A stretch of DNA of 64,000 bases, taken from NCBI GenBank assembly GCA_964440375.1, contig CAYTRY010000005.1, positions 13,884 to 77,883 on the forward strand, written 5' to 3'. The notes under the pieces were generated by a model, which saw only the letters and a list, made by a program, of their open reading frames with translations, ran no database searches and had not been told where the DNA came from. A program made the translations under genes and the position numbers. Positions 1 to 10,150 of the stretch are shown in pieces. The DNA comes from an uncultured Bordetella sp. Its GTDB lineage: Bacteria > Pseudomonadota > Gammaproteobacteria > Burkholderiales > Burkholderiaceae_A. Each line of letters opens with the position of its first letter. The first letter of the stretch is position 1.

Positions 1-218
1 TCGATGACCTGGAGCTCACCGTGCGTTCGGCCAACTGCCTGAAGGCAGAGAGCATTTATTACATCGGTGATTTGATTCAGCGGACCGAAAACGAGCTGCT
101 CAAGACCCCGAATCTTGGCCGTAAGTCGTTAAATGAAATCAAAGAGGTCCTCGCCTCGCGTGGCCTGACTCTCGGCATGAAGCTTGAGAACTGGCCGCCC
201 GCAGGAATGGATCGTTAA
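1..218 (+). CDS. rpoA: RNA polymerase alpha subunit, C-terminal part (5' truncated by window edge)
   Basis: Frame reads [47 protein letters not shown]...LENWPP, the alpha-CTD; followed by rplQ. Confidence 0.98.
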   Translation, partial: DDLELTVRSANCLKAESIYYIGDLIQRTENELLKTPNLGRKSLNEIKEVLASRGLTLGMKLENWPPAGMDR

Positions 219-232
219 TTAACAGTAATGAC

Positions 233-258
233 TTCGGGGGCCGTTTCCGGCTCCCGGA
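233..258 (+). other. GC-rich stem-loop between rpoA and rplQ
   Basis: CGGGGGCCG (235-243) pairs with CGGCTCCCG (248-256), TTTC loop; no U-tract. Confidence 0.45.
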
Positions 259-275
259 TGTTTGAGGAGAATTTC

Positions 276-677
276 ATGCGTCACCGTCTCGGATTACGCA
301 AACTAAATCGAACCTCCAGCCATCGGCTGGCGATGCTGCGCAATATGGCCAATGCCCTGCTGCGTCACGAGTCCATCCGGACCACACTTCCCAAGGCCAA
401 AGAGCTGCGCAAAGTGGTTGAGCCCCTGATTACGATGGGCAAGAGTCCAACGCTGGCCAACCGGCGGCTTGCCTTTGATCGGCTCCGCGATCGCGAAATC
501 GTGAGCAAGCTATTTGCAGAGATCGGTCCCCGGTATGCATCGCGTCCAGGCGGCTACTGCAGGATTCTGAAGTTTGGATTCCGGCCCGGCGATAACGCGC
601 CAATGGCCCTCATGGAGTTGGTGGATCGGCCTGAGCCTGCTGCTGAGGCTGCCCCGGTTGAGCAGAAGGCTGCCTGA
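276..677 (+). CDS. rplQ: 50S ribosomal protein L17
   Basis: [23 protein letters not shown]...[22 protein letters not shown]; SD GAGGAG at 264-269 favours ATG 276. Confidence 0.98.
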   Translation: MRHRLGLRKLNRTSSHRLAMLRNMANALLRHESIRTTLPKAKELRKVVEPLITMGKSPTLANRRLAFDRLRDREIVSKLFAEIGPRYASRPGGYCRILKFGFRPGDNAPMALMELVDRPEPAAEAAPVEQKAA

Positions 678-682
678 GCGAT

Positions 683-1699
<1,017 letters not shown>

Positions 1700-1718
1700 T
1701 TATCTTGTGTGGTTATTA

Positions 1719-1748
1719 TTGGAAAGTTTTCTGTCTTGGACATATCAT
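1719..1748 (+). promoter_or_regulatory. Putative sigma70 promoter for the intergenic sRNA
   Basis: TTGGAA (1719-1724), 18 bp, TATCAT (1743-1748), just upstream of the structured RNA. Confidence 0.45.
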
Positions 1749-1754
1749 GAACAC

Positions 1755-1848
1755 AGGCGACTTGTCGTCTCCCGCTTCTCCTCCCTGAGCGGGTGCCTAA
1801 CCCATTTAGGCGTTCCCGCCCGGCGATCACCTCGCCGGGTTTTTTTTT
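1755..1848 (+). ncRNA. Small RNA matching the description of the Burkholderiales anti-hemB RNA motif
   Basis: Hairpins AGGCGA/TCGTCT (1755-1770), CCCGCT/AGCGGG with CU-rich loop (1771-1793), GCCTAA/TTAGGC (1795-1811), then a terminator; opposite strand to hemB and engB. Confidence 0.75.
1819..1848 (+). terminator. Rho-independent terminator of the sRNA, overlapping the engB stop on the other strand
   Basis: CCCGGCGA-TCACC-TCGCCGGG followed by T9 (1840-1848). Confidence 0.85.
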
Positions 1849-2528
1849 GCAACCTTCGGCTCTGGCTGGGCAGATGGCAGGTGCCACCATTGTGCAATTT
1901 TTTCGACCGCCTCGTCGCGGCCCAGTCGCTGGGAGGCCGAAAAAAGGCTGACCGAGCAGTTTCTTCCCCAGGATGCTTTTTCTGCAGCAATCAGTCTGCG
2001 GGCCTGTGCCAGGGCTATCGATTGCGCGTTGCGGGTGAGTTTGTCGGCCTTTGTGAGCAGCACATGAATCGGCCGATTGCGGTGGTCGAACCATTGCAGC
2101 ATTTGTCGATCAAGCGGGCCGAAGGGATGGCGAATATCCATGACCAGAATCAGGCCAACCAGGCTGGGCCGCGTCTCCAGAAATGTTGCAAGCTCCCGCT
2201 GCCAGCGGGCCTTGACTGCCTGGCTGACGGCCGCATAGCCATAGCCCGGCAGATCAACAAGCCGGCCGACCTCCTGCTCGTGGTGGTGCAGGGTGAAAAC
2301 ATTCATCAGCTGGGTGCGCCCTGGGGTCTTGCTGCTAAAGGCGAGCCGTCGGCGGTTGCAGATTAAATTCATGGCCGATGACTTACCTGCATTGGAGCGG
2401 CCAGCGATGGCGATCTCGCCGGGGCCGTCGGCGGGCAGTTCGGCTGTTTTCGATGCGCTGGTCAGAAAGCTGATGTTTTGGATCCAATCCTTCAGAGGCG
2501 GCATTATTCCGGGGGCTGACGCGGTCAT
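1827..2528 (-). CDS. engB: Ribosome biogenesis GTPase YihA/YsxC
   Basis: G1 GRSNAGKSS, G2 TPGRT, G3 DLPGYG, G4 TKADK; start uncertain (2528 or 2504). Confidence 0.96.
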   Translation of the reverse strand: MTASAPGIMPPLKDWIQNISFLTSASKTAELPADGPGEIAIAGRSNAGKSSAMNLICNRRRLAFSSKTPGRTQLMNVFTLHHHEQEVGRLVDLPGYGYAAVSQAVKARWQRELATFLETRPSLVGLILVMDIRHPFGPLDRQMLQWFDHRNRPIHVLLTKADKLTRNAQSIALAQARRLIAAEKASWGRNCSVSLFSASQRLGRDEAVEKIAQWWHLPSAQPEPKVAKKNPAR

Positions 2529-2605
2529 CTCGGCGGTGGACTCGACTAAAATACGACGGTTCAATGTGATCGTTGCTGGGAGTGATTATGCGTTGCAAGT
2601 TTGAC

Positions 2606-3295
2606 ATGGTTCATAAGCGTCTTAGCGTGCTGAAAAATGCACTGCGGGCATCGTTGTCAGTGGCCTTGCTTTCATCGGCCATGGTGGTGGGCATCTCAAC
2701 ATCGGCAATGGCCGCTGATCCCGTGGCAACAAAGAAACCCGTTGATATCGCCAAAGGCAAGGCAGCGGCAGCAGCGGTCTGCGCAGGCTGTCACATGCCC
2801 GATGGCAACAGCATGATTGCTCAGAACCCGATTCTTGCCGGACAGCATGCTGCCTACATTGAAAAGCAGCTCGTTAACTTCCGCTTAAAGCCAGGTGCCA
2901 AGGCCCCGGAGCGTAACAACGCCATCATGCAGGGCTTTGCCACCATGCTCTCTGAAGAAGACATGCGCAATCTTGGCGCTTTTTATGCATCGCAGACACC
3001 GAAATCCGCCTCGCCCAAGCGCAAAGATTTGGTTGCAGCAGGCGAGCGCATTTATCGGGCAGGTGTTCCGGAAAAGGGTTTGCCGGCTTGTGCAGGATGT
3101 CATGGCCCTGGTGCTGCGGGGATTCCTGCCCAGTATCCGAGACTTGCAGGCCAGCATCCGGAATACACCGAGGCCACGTTGAATGCATTCCGCGGCGGCC
3201 AGCGCAAAAACAGCAGCCAGATGACCACCATCGCCTCGAAGATGTCGGACGCCGAGGTGGCCGCAGTCTCCGAGTACGTTGCCTCACTGCGCTGA
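2606..3295 (+). CDS. Diheme cytochrome c4 (c553-like)
   Basis: Signal peptide, two CAGCH heme-binding motifs, P(I/R)LAGQH repeated in both domains. Confidence 0.93.
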   Translation: MVHKRLSVLKNALRASLSVALLSSAMVVGISTSAMAADPVATKKPVDIAKGKAAAAAVCAGCHMPDGNSMIAQNPILAGQHAAYIEKQLVNFRLKPGAKAPERNNAIMQGFATMLSEEDMRNLGAFYASQTPKSASPKRKDLVAAGERIYRAGVPEKGLPACAGCHGPGAAGIPAQYPRLAGQHPEYTEATLNAFRGGQRKNSSQMTTIASKMSDAEVAAVSEYVASLR

Positions 3296-3347
3296 TGGCG
3301 TGAGCGGCCTGTAGGGCGCGGCCTGTCCGTTCGCTTGCGACGCGCAC

Positions 3348-5468
3348 ATGAATCAGACGCCTGCATCCCTTGAAGGGGCCGATTCGTCGGGCCCTTCAAC
3401 CGCTGGCCTAGAACTCAAAGCCCAACATCCGCTTGTCGCGGAGGCTGTCGAGCTCCTCAGCTCAATGCGTTTTGCAATCTCCGCCCTGGTGGTGGTCTGT
3501 ATTGCCAGCGCGATTGGCACCATCGTTGGCCAGAATGCGCCCTCCATCAATTATGTGAATCAATTCGGCGCATTTTGGGCCGAGGTATTTTCCGCGCTCG
3601 ATGTGGTGCGGGTTTATAACGCCCCCTGGTTTCTGGTTGTCATGGGCCTGATGCTGGTCTCAACGAGCCTGTGTCTGATTCGCAATACACCCAAGATGCT
3701 CCGAGAGGCCCGCTCTTGGCGTGACCAGGTCCGTGATTCCACCTTTCCTGCATTTAAGCATCGGGCGGCGGTTGCGCTTACCGCGTCATCGGCGGAGCAG
3801 CGCTTGGCGGAATTTTCATTGGCCCTTCGTGAGCGTGGTTATCGTCTGCGGGCCGCAGCGCCGCAGGCAGCCGGCCGGCTGCCCTTACTGGTTGCGCGCA
3901 AGGGCACGTCGAATCGGCTGGGTTATATCTCGGCCCATCTCGCGATTGTGGTGATCTCTTTGGGTGGCCTCCTGGACAGCGAATTGCCGCTTCGGACCAT
4001 GGCCTGGTGGACCGATAAAGCCCCGCTGCAGATGAATCAATTTCAAGGCAATGAAGTTCCGGGCAGCGCACGGCTGCCAGCGCATACGCCGAGCTATCGG
4101 GCCAATTCACTGGTTCCCGAGGGCGGCACCACGGATGTTGCGGTGGTATCGCAGGGCAATGGCTCACTGCTCTTGGACCTGCCCTTTGAATTGCATCTCA
4201 AGCAGTTTCGTATCGAGTACTACCCCACCGGCATGCCCAAGCTTTTTGCAAGTGATGTCGTTTTAAAAGACAAAGAAACGGGCCAAGAGAAGACCGCCAC
4301 CATTGAAGTTAACAAGCCCCTGATCCACCGGGGTGTGGCGATTTATCAGTCAAGTTTTGATGATGGCGGCTCCCATCTCAAACTGACTGCGTATCCGATG
4401 GCGGGCCCGATCCGCAGCGGACTGCCGGTGGAGCTGACGGTCGGGCAGAGCGTTGGCCTGAAAAATTCCCAGAGCAATCTCTCTTTGGAGCTCACGGGAT
4501 TTAAGCCGATTAATGTTGAGAACATGGGCGAACCGCCGGATGACCGCGAGGCCGAAGACCCGTTTAAAAAACATGTCGCTACCGTGTTGTCGCCTGCCTT
4601 GAATTCCGAAAAATCCAAGCAGCTGCGCAATGTTGGGCCATCGATCAACTACAAGCTTCGCGATGCCAGTGGTCAGGCCAAAGAGTTTCATACCTACATG
4701 CTGCCGATCGAGCTTGAGGGCGCGCGGGTCTATCTGGCGGGCGTGCGCAACTCGCCGGATGAGCAGTTTCGTTATCTTCGTATTCCTGCCGACGCAAAAG
4801 ACTCCCTTGATGAATTCATGCGGCTGCGGGCTGCGATGGCGGATCCCACCCTGCGGGCGGCGGCCTCACGCCGGTTCGCGGCCCAGTCGGCGCCTGCAAA
4901 TGTCTCAGCAACGCTGGCCGAAAGCGCCCAGAAGGCCTTGGAGGCCGTCGCGGAAGGGGGCATCAATCAGTTGGGGCAGCTGCTGGAAAAAACAGTGCCC
5001 GAGGCCGAGCGCGAGCGGGCTGCCGAGGTCGTGCTGCGGCTTCTCACCGGCGCTTTTTGGGAGCTCTGGCAGCAGGCCCGCACCAGAGATGGCCTTCGGC
5101 CCCTTGAGCGCAATGAAGACAATGTCCGGTTTGCACAGCTGGCCCTCAATGCGGTGAGCGATGCCCAGCTCTTTGATGCGCCCCTGCTGGTGGCGCTCAA
5201 TGATTTTCAAGAGGTCAAGGCCAGTGTGTTTCAAGTCACCCGCTCGCCGGGCAAGACCACCGTCTACATAGGGTGTCTGTTGCTCACGCTGGGCGTTTTC
5301 GCGATGCTCTATGTCCAGGAGCGTCGGGTCTGGCTGTGGTCTCAGAATCAGGGGGACGAAGTCGAGCTAAAAATGGCCGCCTCGACACCCCGCCAGACTG
5401 TCGATTTTGAAAAGGAATTTTCCGCTCTGGCAGCGGTCTTATCGGCCAACGGAGAACGTCGAACATGA
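3348..5468 (+). CDS. resB: Cytochrome c biogenesis protein ResB/Ccs1 (system II)
   Basis: ELLSSMRFAI, VYNAPWF, IEVNKPL...IYQSSF, SVFQVTRSPG, ERRVWLW; adjacent to the CcsA-type gene. Confidence 0.93.
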   Translation: MNQTPASLEGADSSGPSTAGLELKAQHPLVAEAVELLSSMRFAISALVVVCIASAIGTIVGQNAPSINYVNQFGAFWAEVFSALDVVRVYNAPWFLVVMGLMLVSTSLCLIRNTPKMLREARSWRDQVRDSTFPAFKHRAAVALTASSAEQRLAEFSLALRERGYRLRAAAPQAAGRLPLLVARKGTSNRLGYISAHLAIVVISLGGLLDSELPLRTMAWWTDKAPLQMNQFQGNEVPGSARLPAHTPSYRANSLVPEGGTTDVAVVSQGNGSLLLDLPFELHLKQFRIEYYPTGMPKLFASDVVLKDKETGQEKTATIEVNKPLIHRGVAIYQSSFDDGGSHLKLTAYPMAGPIRSGLPVELTVGQSVGLKNSQSNLSLELTGFKPINVENMGEPPDDREAEDPFKKHVATVLSPALNSEKSKQLRNVGPSINYKLRDASGQAKEFHTYMLPIELEGARVYLAGVRNSPDEQFRYLRIPADAKDSLDEFMRLRAAMADPTLRAAASRRFAAQSAPANVSATLAESAQKALEAVAEGGINQLGQLLEKTVPEAERERAAEVVLRLLTGAFWELWQQARTRDGLRPLERNEDNVRFAQLALNAVSDAQLFDAPLLVALNDFQEVKASVFQVTRSPGKTTVYIGCLLLTLGVFAMLYVQERRVWLWSQNQGDEVELKMAASTPRQTVDFEKEFSALAAVLSANGERRT

Positions 5469-6775
5469 ATACAGCCTCATCCACATTGAACCCCACTGAT
5501 GGTTTTTTGATCCGGCGCTGGGGCCTCTGGGATTTAGGCTTCGGCCTGCTGGCTGCCCTTGGGGCAGCCTTTGCCACCCAACGCTATGCCGCATTCATGG
5601 ACATCTATGAACTGGTCATTCTCTGGTGTTGTGTGCCGGCGGCTGTTTTACTGGGCTATTTCTGGGCCGCGCTTCGGCCGTTTTTTATTGGATGTGCGGC
5701 GGCTTCGATTCTTGCAGTGGCAATGTATGGCGGGACTGCGGCGTCCGCAGAAAGTAATTTTCTTCTGAAGTATTTCCTGGCCTCACAGTCCGCCATCCTC
5801 TGGATGTGTGCCTTGTTCGCTTTTGCCACTGTTTCGTACTGGGTTGGCCTCTTCGCTCAGGGCCAGACGGCCCTATGGATGGGCAGCCTGCTGACCTGGT
5901 CGGCCTGCGTGATGGGATCGATTGGCCTGCTGGTGCGTTGGTATGAGTCGTATCTGATTAGCCCCGATGTTGGCCATATTCCGGTCAGCAATCTCTACGA
6001 AGTCTTCATTTTGTTTGCGGTGATCACCGCGATGTTTTATCTCTACTACGAAGGCCGCTACAAGACGCGCAGCCTGGGCGGGTTTGTCTCGCTCATTATC
6101 ACTGCTGCAGTCGCATTTTTGCTTTGGTATATCGTGGCCCGTTCTGGCCATGAAATTCAGCCGCTGGTCCCCGCCCTGCAGTCGTGGTGGATGAAGATTC
6201 ATGTGCCCGCCAACTTTGTGGGCTACGGCACGTTTTCCTTGGCGGCCATGGTGGGCTTTGCGTATCTGATTAAAGAAAATGCCCACACGACTTCCACTTG
6301 GAAGCTTGCGCCATTGTTTATTCTTGGCGTGCTCCTGTGTGCTGAGCCGCTGGTCTTTCGTCGCTCAGGCCTGCCCGATTACTGGGCCCTGTATTTCGGA
6401 TTTTCTGCAGCCTTTATCGGCGCCGTGATTGCGTTGCGACGACGCATCGGCGCAGCCCTTCCGGCCCTTGAGGTGCTGGACGATGTCATGTATCGGGCCA
6501 TTGCAGTGGGCTTTGCATTTTTTACCGTCGCCACCATTCTCGGAGCGCTCTGGGCAGCGGAGGCCTGGGGAACGTATTGGCAGTGGGACCCCAAGGAGAC
6601 CTGGGCGCTGATTGTCTGGCTGAATTACGCTGCCTGGCTGCATCTGCGCATGATGAAGGGCCTGCGGGGCCAGGTGGCCGCCTATTGGTCCTTGATCGGT
6701 TTGCTGATTACTGGATTTGCATTTCTAGGTGTGAACATGTTCCTCTCTGGATTGCATTCCTATGGCACGCTCTGA
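5465..6775 (+). CDS. ccsA: Cytochrome c biogenesis protein CcsA/ResC (system II heme ligase)
   Basis: WWD domain WAAEAWGTYWQWDPKETWA, GHIPVSNLYE, LQSWWMKIHV, C-terminal GLHSYG. Confidence 0.95.
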   Translation: MNTASSTLNPTDGFLIRRWGLWDLGFGLLAALGAAFATQRYAAFMDIYELVILWCCVPAAVLLGYFWAALRPFFIGCAAASILAVAMYGGTAASAESNFLLKYFLASQSAILWMCALFAFATVSYWVGLFAQGQTALWMGSLLTWSACVMGSIGLLVRWYESYLISPDVGHIPVSNLYEVFILFAVITAMFYLYYEGRYKTRSLGGFVSLIITAAVAFLLWYIVARSGHEIQPLVPALQSWWMKIHVPANFVGYGTFSLAAMVGFAYLIKENAHTTSTWKLAPLFILGVLLCAEPLVFRRSGLPDYWALYFGFSAAFIGAVIALRRRIGAALPALEVLDDVMYRAIAVGFAFFTVATILGALWAAEAWGTYWQWDPKETWALIVWLNYAAWLHLRMMKGLRGQVAAYWSLIGLLITGFAFLGVNMFLSGLHSYGTL

Positions 6776-7739
6776 TGCAAAGCGTTTAATCCGCGGCGAT
6801 CACCTGTCGGGCCAGATCACGCCCGAGTCGGTGGTTCATCGCCGGCGCGCGATTCTGCTGGCCGGTGCTGCACTGACTGCAGCAGGCCCGGGCCTGCTGC
6901 AGGCCTCGACACCGAAGCCCGCCTCTGCCTATGCACCACTTGCCGCAAAGCCGAGTCGCTACTCGATTCTTGAGCGGCCCGTGCCGTTTGAAGAGGCATC
7001 CACCTATAACAATTTCTATGAATTCGGCCTCGAAAAGGAAGACCCTGCAGAGCGGGCTCCGGGCCGTCTAAAGACTTCACCATGGAAAGTCACTGTTGAG
7101 GGCTTGGTCGCGCGGCCTCGCGAATTCGATATTGACGAATTAAGAAAGCTTGCGCCGATGGAGGAGCGCATCACGCGCCTGCGCTGTGTCGAGGGCTGGT
7201 CCATGGTGATTCCTTGGGTGGGCTATTCGCTGTCAGAGTTGATTCGGCGGGTCCAGCCGCTGGGCTCTGCAAAATTTATTGAATTCACTACCCTGGCGGA
7301 TCCTAAGCAGATGCCGGGCCTGTCTTACCGTGCCCTGCGCTGGCCCTATCGCGAGGGCCTGCGCATGGATGAGGCCCAGCATCCATTATCACTGCTAACC
7401 TTTGGCATGTATGGCGTGATGTTGCCTGAGCAAAATGGTGCGCCACTTCGGCTCATGGTGCCGTGGAAGTATGGCTTTAAGAGTAGCAAGTCGATTGTCA
7501 AGATTCGGTTTGTAGAGGCCCAGCCGCCAACACTCTGGACACTCACTGCGCCAAAAGAATACGGCTTTTACGCCAATGTAAATCCCGAGGTCGCCCATCC
7601 ACGCTGGTCACAGGCCACAGAGCGCGTCTTGGGCACTGATGCCTTATTTGCCCCCCGGCGCAAGACCGAGCTTTTTAATGGTTATGCGGATCTGGTGGCA
7701 CCGATGTATGCGGGCATGGATCTAAAGACCTTCTATTGA
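6762..7739 (+). CDS. msrP: Protein-methionine-sulfoxide reductase catalytic subunit
   Basis: Tat-like RRR signal, YNNFYEFG, RCVEGWSMVIPW, PWKYGFKS, EYGFYANVNP, HPRWSQATER. Confidence 0.96.
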   Translation: MARSDAKRLIRGDHLSGQITPESVVHRRRAILLAGAALTAAGPGLLQASTPKPASAYAPLAAKPSRYSILERPVPFEEASTYNNFYEFGLEKEDPAERAPGRLKTSPWKVTVEGLVARPREFDIDELRKLAPMEERITRLRCVEGWSMVIPWVGYSLSELIRRVQPLGSAKFIEFTTLADPKQMPGLSYRALRWPYREGLRMDEAQHPLSLLTFGMYGVMLPEQNGAPLRLMVPWKYGFKSSKSIVKIRFVEAQPPTLWTLTAPKEYGFYANVNPEVAHPRWSQATERVLGTDALFAPRRKTELFNGYADLVAPMYAGMDLKTFY

Positions 7740-8314
7740 TGTCACCGCGAACTGCATGGCAGCTGATCTGGCTGCTCTGCGCACTGCCGTTGGCCGACCT
7801 CGTGTTTCGGATTGCGGCCCAACAGCTGGGGGCCAATCCGCAGGAGGCAATTCTGAGAGCGACGGGCCTTTGGAGTCTGACGCTGCTTCTGGTCACACTC
7901 GGTGTAACGCCGTTTCGCCAGTGGCTGCGCTGGCCTGAATTGATTCCGTTGCGAAGAATGCTGGGCCTGTGGGCGTTCGGTTACGCCTGTATTCACCTGC
8001 TTGCATTCTGGGCCTTCGAGCATGATTTTGATCTGGCTGGTGTTGCCGCTGATGCATTCAAGCGGCCATTCGTGACAGTAGGGCTGCTGTCGTTTGGGCT
8101 CATGCTGCCAATGGCCTTGACCTCCAATACCGCCGCAATGCGACGCCTAGGCCGCGGATGGAAACGGCTACACCGTGTTATCTATGCAATTGCACTCTTG
8201 GCGTGCGTGCATTTTTTTCTACATCGGGCCGGCAAGAGCAACTTTATTGATCCAGCGATCGCAAGCGCGGTCGTGCTGATCCTTTTGGGATCAAGAATTT
8301 ATTTTCGAAGATAG
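7739..8314 (+). CDS. msrQ: Methionine sulfoxide reductase heme-binding membrane subunit
   Basis: RRMLGLWAFGYACIH, LALTS-like motif, WKRLHRVIY; TGATG coupling to msrP. Confidence 0.94.
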   Translation: MSPRTAWQLIWLLCALPLADLVFRIAAQQLGANPQEAILRATGLWSLTLLLVTLGVTPFRQWLRWPELIPLRRMLGLWAFGYACIHLLAFWAFEHDFDLAGVAADAFKRPFVTVGLLSFGLMLPMALTSNTAAMRRLGRGWKRLHRVIYAIALLACVHFFLHRAGKSNFIDPAIASAVVLILLGSRIYFRR

Positions 8315-9618
8315 TCGGGAATCGATTCGGCCGCGATGAGGTCGGTGAACTCCTCTCGTCGGCGAATCAGGTGGGCCTGGCCCTGCGCATCAATCAATAC
8401 CTCGGCAGCCCTCGGGCGGCTGTTGTAGTTCGAACTCATACTCATGCCGTAGGCGCCTGCTGAGAGCACCGCGAGCAGGTCGCCAGCGGAAAGCGCAAGC
8501 CGGCGGTCTCGGGCCATCCAGTCGCCACTCTCGCAGACCGGTCCGACCAGATCCCAGATGGCTTCCGGTGCGGCCGAGGGCGTGACTGCGACGACGCCAT
8601 GCCATGCCTCATACAGCGCAGGCCGCATCAGATCATTCATGGCGGCATCGATAATCGCAAAATTCTTGTGCGGCCCCGGCTTTAATAAATCAACGCGCGT
8701 GAGCAGCACACCGGCATTGCCGACAATGGCCCGGCCAAATTCAAACAGGATTTCGGGCCGAGGACTGCGGCGTGTCTGCTGCCATTGCTGCAGCCGATCA
8801 AAAACCGCTGACAGAAGTGCCGCAGGCGTGGGCGGCGTCTCATCGTCATAGCAGATGCCCAGGCCGCCACCGAGATCAAGATGTTGAATCTCAATGCCTG
8901 TAGCGCTGAGCCGATCGGCAAGCGCAAGCACGCGATCCACCGCCTGCAGAAAGGGCGACAGGCTCGTGATCTGTGAGCCGATATGGCAGTCGATACCCGC
9001 GATCTGCACGCAAGGCATTGCCTTGGCCTGCCGATAGACCGCCTCGGCCTGATCCATGGGAATACCAAACTTATTCTCTTTGAGGCCTGTTGAGATATAG
9101 GGATGGGTCTTCGCATCGATATCGGGATTGACACGCAGTGAGATCGGCGCCACCCGCTTCAGTCGGGCTGCCACCTCTGCAACCCGATGCAGTTCCGCCT
9201 CGGATTCAATGTTGATGCATTTGATGTTGGCAGCTAAGGCGGCCGCGATCTCGGAGTCGGCTTTCCCAACCCCAGAAAACACGATTCGATCGGGCTGCCC
9301 TCCTGCCGCAAGCACCCGCTGGAGCTCGCCTACCGAGACAATGTCAAAGCCCGCACCCTGGGCGGCCAGCAGCGCAATTAAAGCGAGATTGGAATTCGCT
9401 TTTAACGCATAACAGATGAGCGCATTTTTTTCTGCGGCAGCCGCCGCGAATTGCTGATACGCCTGAAGCAGTGTCCGCTCGGAATAGACATAACAAGGCG
9501 TGCCAAAGGCCTGAGCAATCTCGGTCAGTGGCCGGCCCTCACAGCACAGCACGCCGGCTGAATTGCGATGAAAACGCGTCCCTGCAAGGGGGCCAGAGGA
9601 TGCGGCGGTAGCATTCAT
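8299..9618 (-). CDS. lysA: Diaminopimelate decarboxylase
   Basis: YALKANSN (PLP lysine), THPYISTGLKENKFG, HIGSQ, GPVCESGD, GAYGMSMSSNYNSRPR. Confidence 0.97.
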   Translation of the reverse strand: MNATAASSGPLAGTRFHRNSAGVLCCEGRPLTEIAQAFGTPCYVYSERTLLQAYQQFAAAAAEKNALICYALKANSNLALIALLAAQGAGFDIVSVGELQRVLAAGGQPDRIVFSGVGKADSEIAAALAANIKCINIESEAELHRVAEVAARLKRVAPISLRVNPDIDAKTHPYISTGLKENKFGIPMDQAEAVYRQAKAMPCVQIAGIDCHIGSQITSLSPFLQAVDRVLALADRLSATGIEIQHLDLGGGLGICYDDETPPTPAALLSAVFDRLQQWQQTRRSPRPEILFEFGRAIVGNAGVLLTRVDLLKPGPHKNFAIIDAAMNDLMRPALYEAWHGVVAVTPSAAPEAIWDLVGPVCESGDWMARDRRLALSAGDLLAVLSAGAYGMSMSSNYNSRPRAAEVLIDAQGQAHLIRRREEFTDLIAAESIPDYLRK

Positions 9619-9803
9619 TTTTTTGGCGGCGGTGTCGACACGTTGGCGGGCGGACTGGATGATGCAGGGTCGGCTGCGTTGGCCGATGCTGGTGCAGGGA
9701 ACTGGGGCTTGGGCAGGGTAAGCGGCCCCTTTTGGCCGCAGCCGACTAGAATCATCGCCATTAAGGGCGCGAGCCGATAGCCTAAGTTGCGCTTTCTATT
9801 CAT
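9615..9803 (-). CDS. lptM: Small lipoprotein LptM/YifL family
   Basis: Basic n-region, lipobox LVGC followed by GQKGPLTLP; usual position between cyaY and lysA. Confidence 0.85.
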   Translation of the reverse strand: MNRKRNLGYRLAPLMAMILVGCGQKGPLTLPKPQFPAPASANAADPASSSPPANVSTPPPKK

Positions 9804-9814
9804 GGAAGAGAAGT

Positions 9815-10144
9815 ATGACCGAAACTGAATTTCTGGATCAGGCCGCCAAGGTCTGGGATGCAATCGAACGCAGGGCTGATGCATGGTCGCAGGACGACGA
9901 CACTGAGATTGAATCAGGCCGTCATGGGCCCGTCCTGGAATTGGAGTTTCCCTCCGGCCGAAAGCTGGTCTTGAATTTGCAGACCCCGATGCAGCAGATT
10001 TGGCTTGCTTCGCCGCGCGGCGCATTTCATTTTGGATGGCAAGAGGGCGCCTGGATCGACACACGCTCGGGATCTGATTTTTGGAAGGTCTTTATGGAGC
10101 AGGCCAGCCTGGAGGCAGGCCGGCAGTTGGCCGACACCGACTAG
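9815..10144 (+). CDS. cyaY: Iron donor protein CyaY (frataxin)
   Basis: MTETEFL, VLELEF, VLNLQTPMQQIWLASPRGAFHF. Confidence 0.95.
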   Translation: MTETEFLDQAAKVWDAIERRADAWSQDDDTEIESGRHGPVLELEFPSGRKLVLNLQTPMQQIWLASPRGAFHFGWQEGAWIDTRSGSDFWKVFMEQASLEAGRQLADTD

Positions 10145-10150
10145 GCCGTT

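Noticed and set aside
9804-10064. Long N-terminal extension of the 149-aa ORF containing lptM (likewise the extensions of mrcA to 12484 and aroK to 12294)
   Set aside because: The extensions overlap divergent real genes; signal, TM and P-loop positions indicate the shorter starts.
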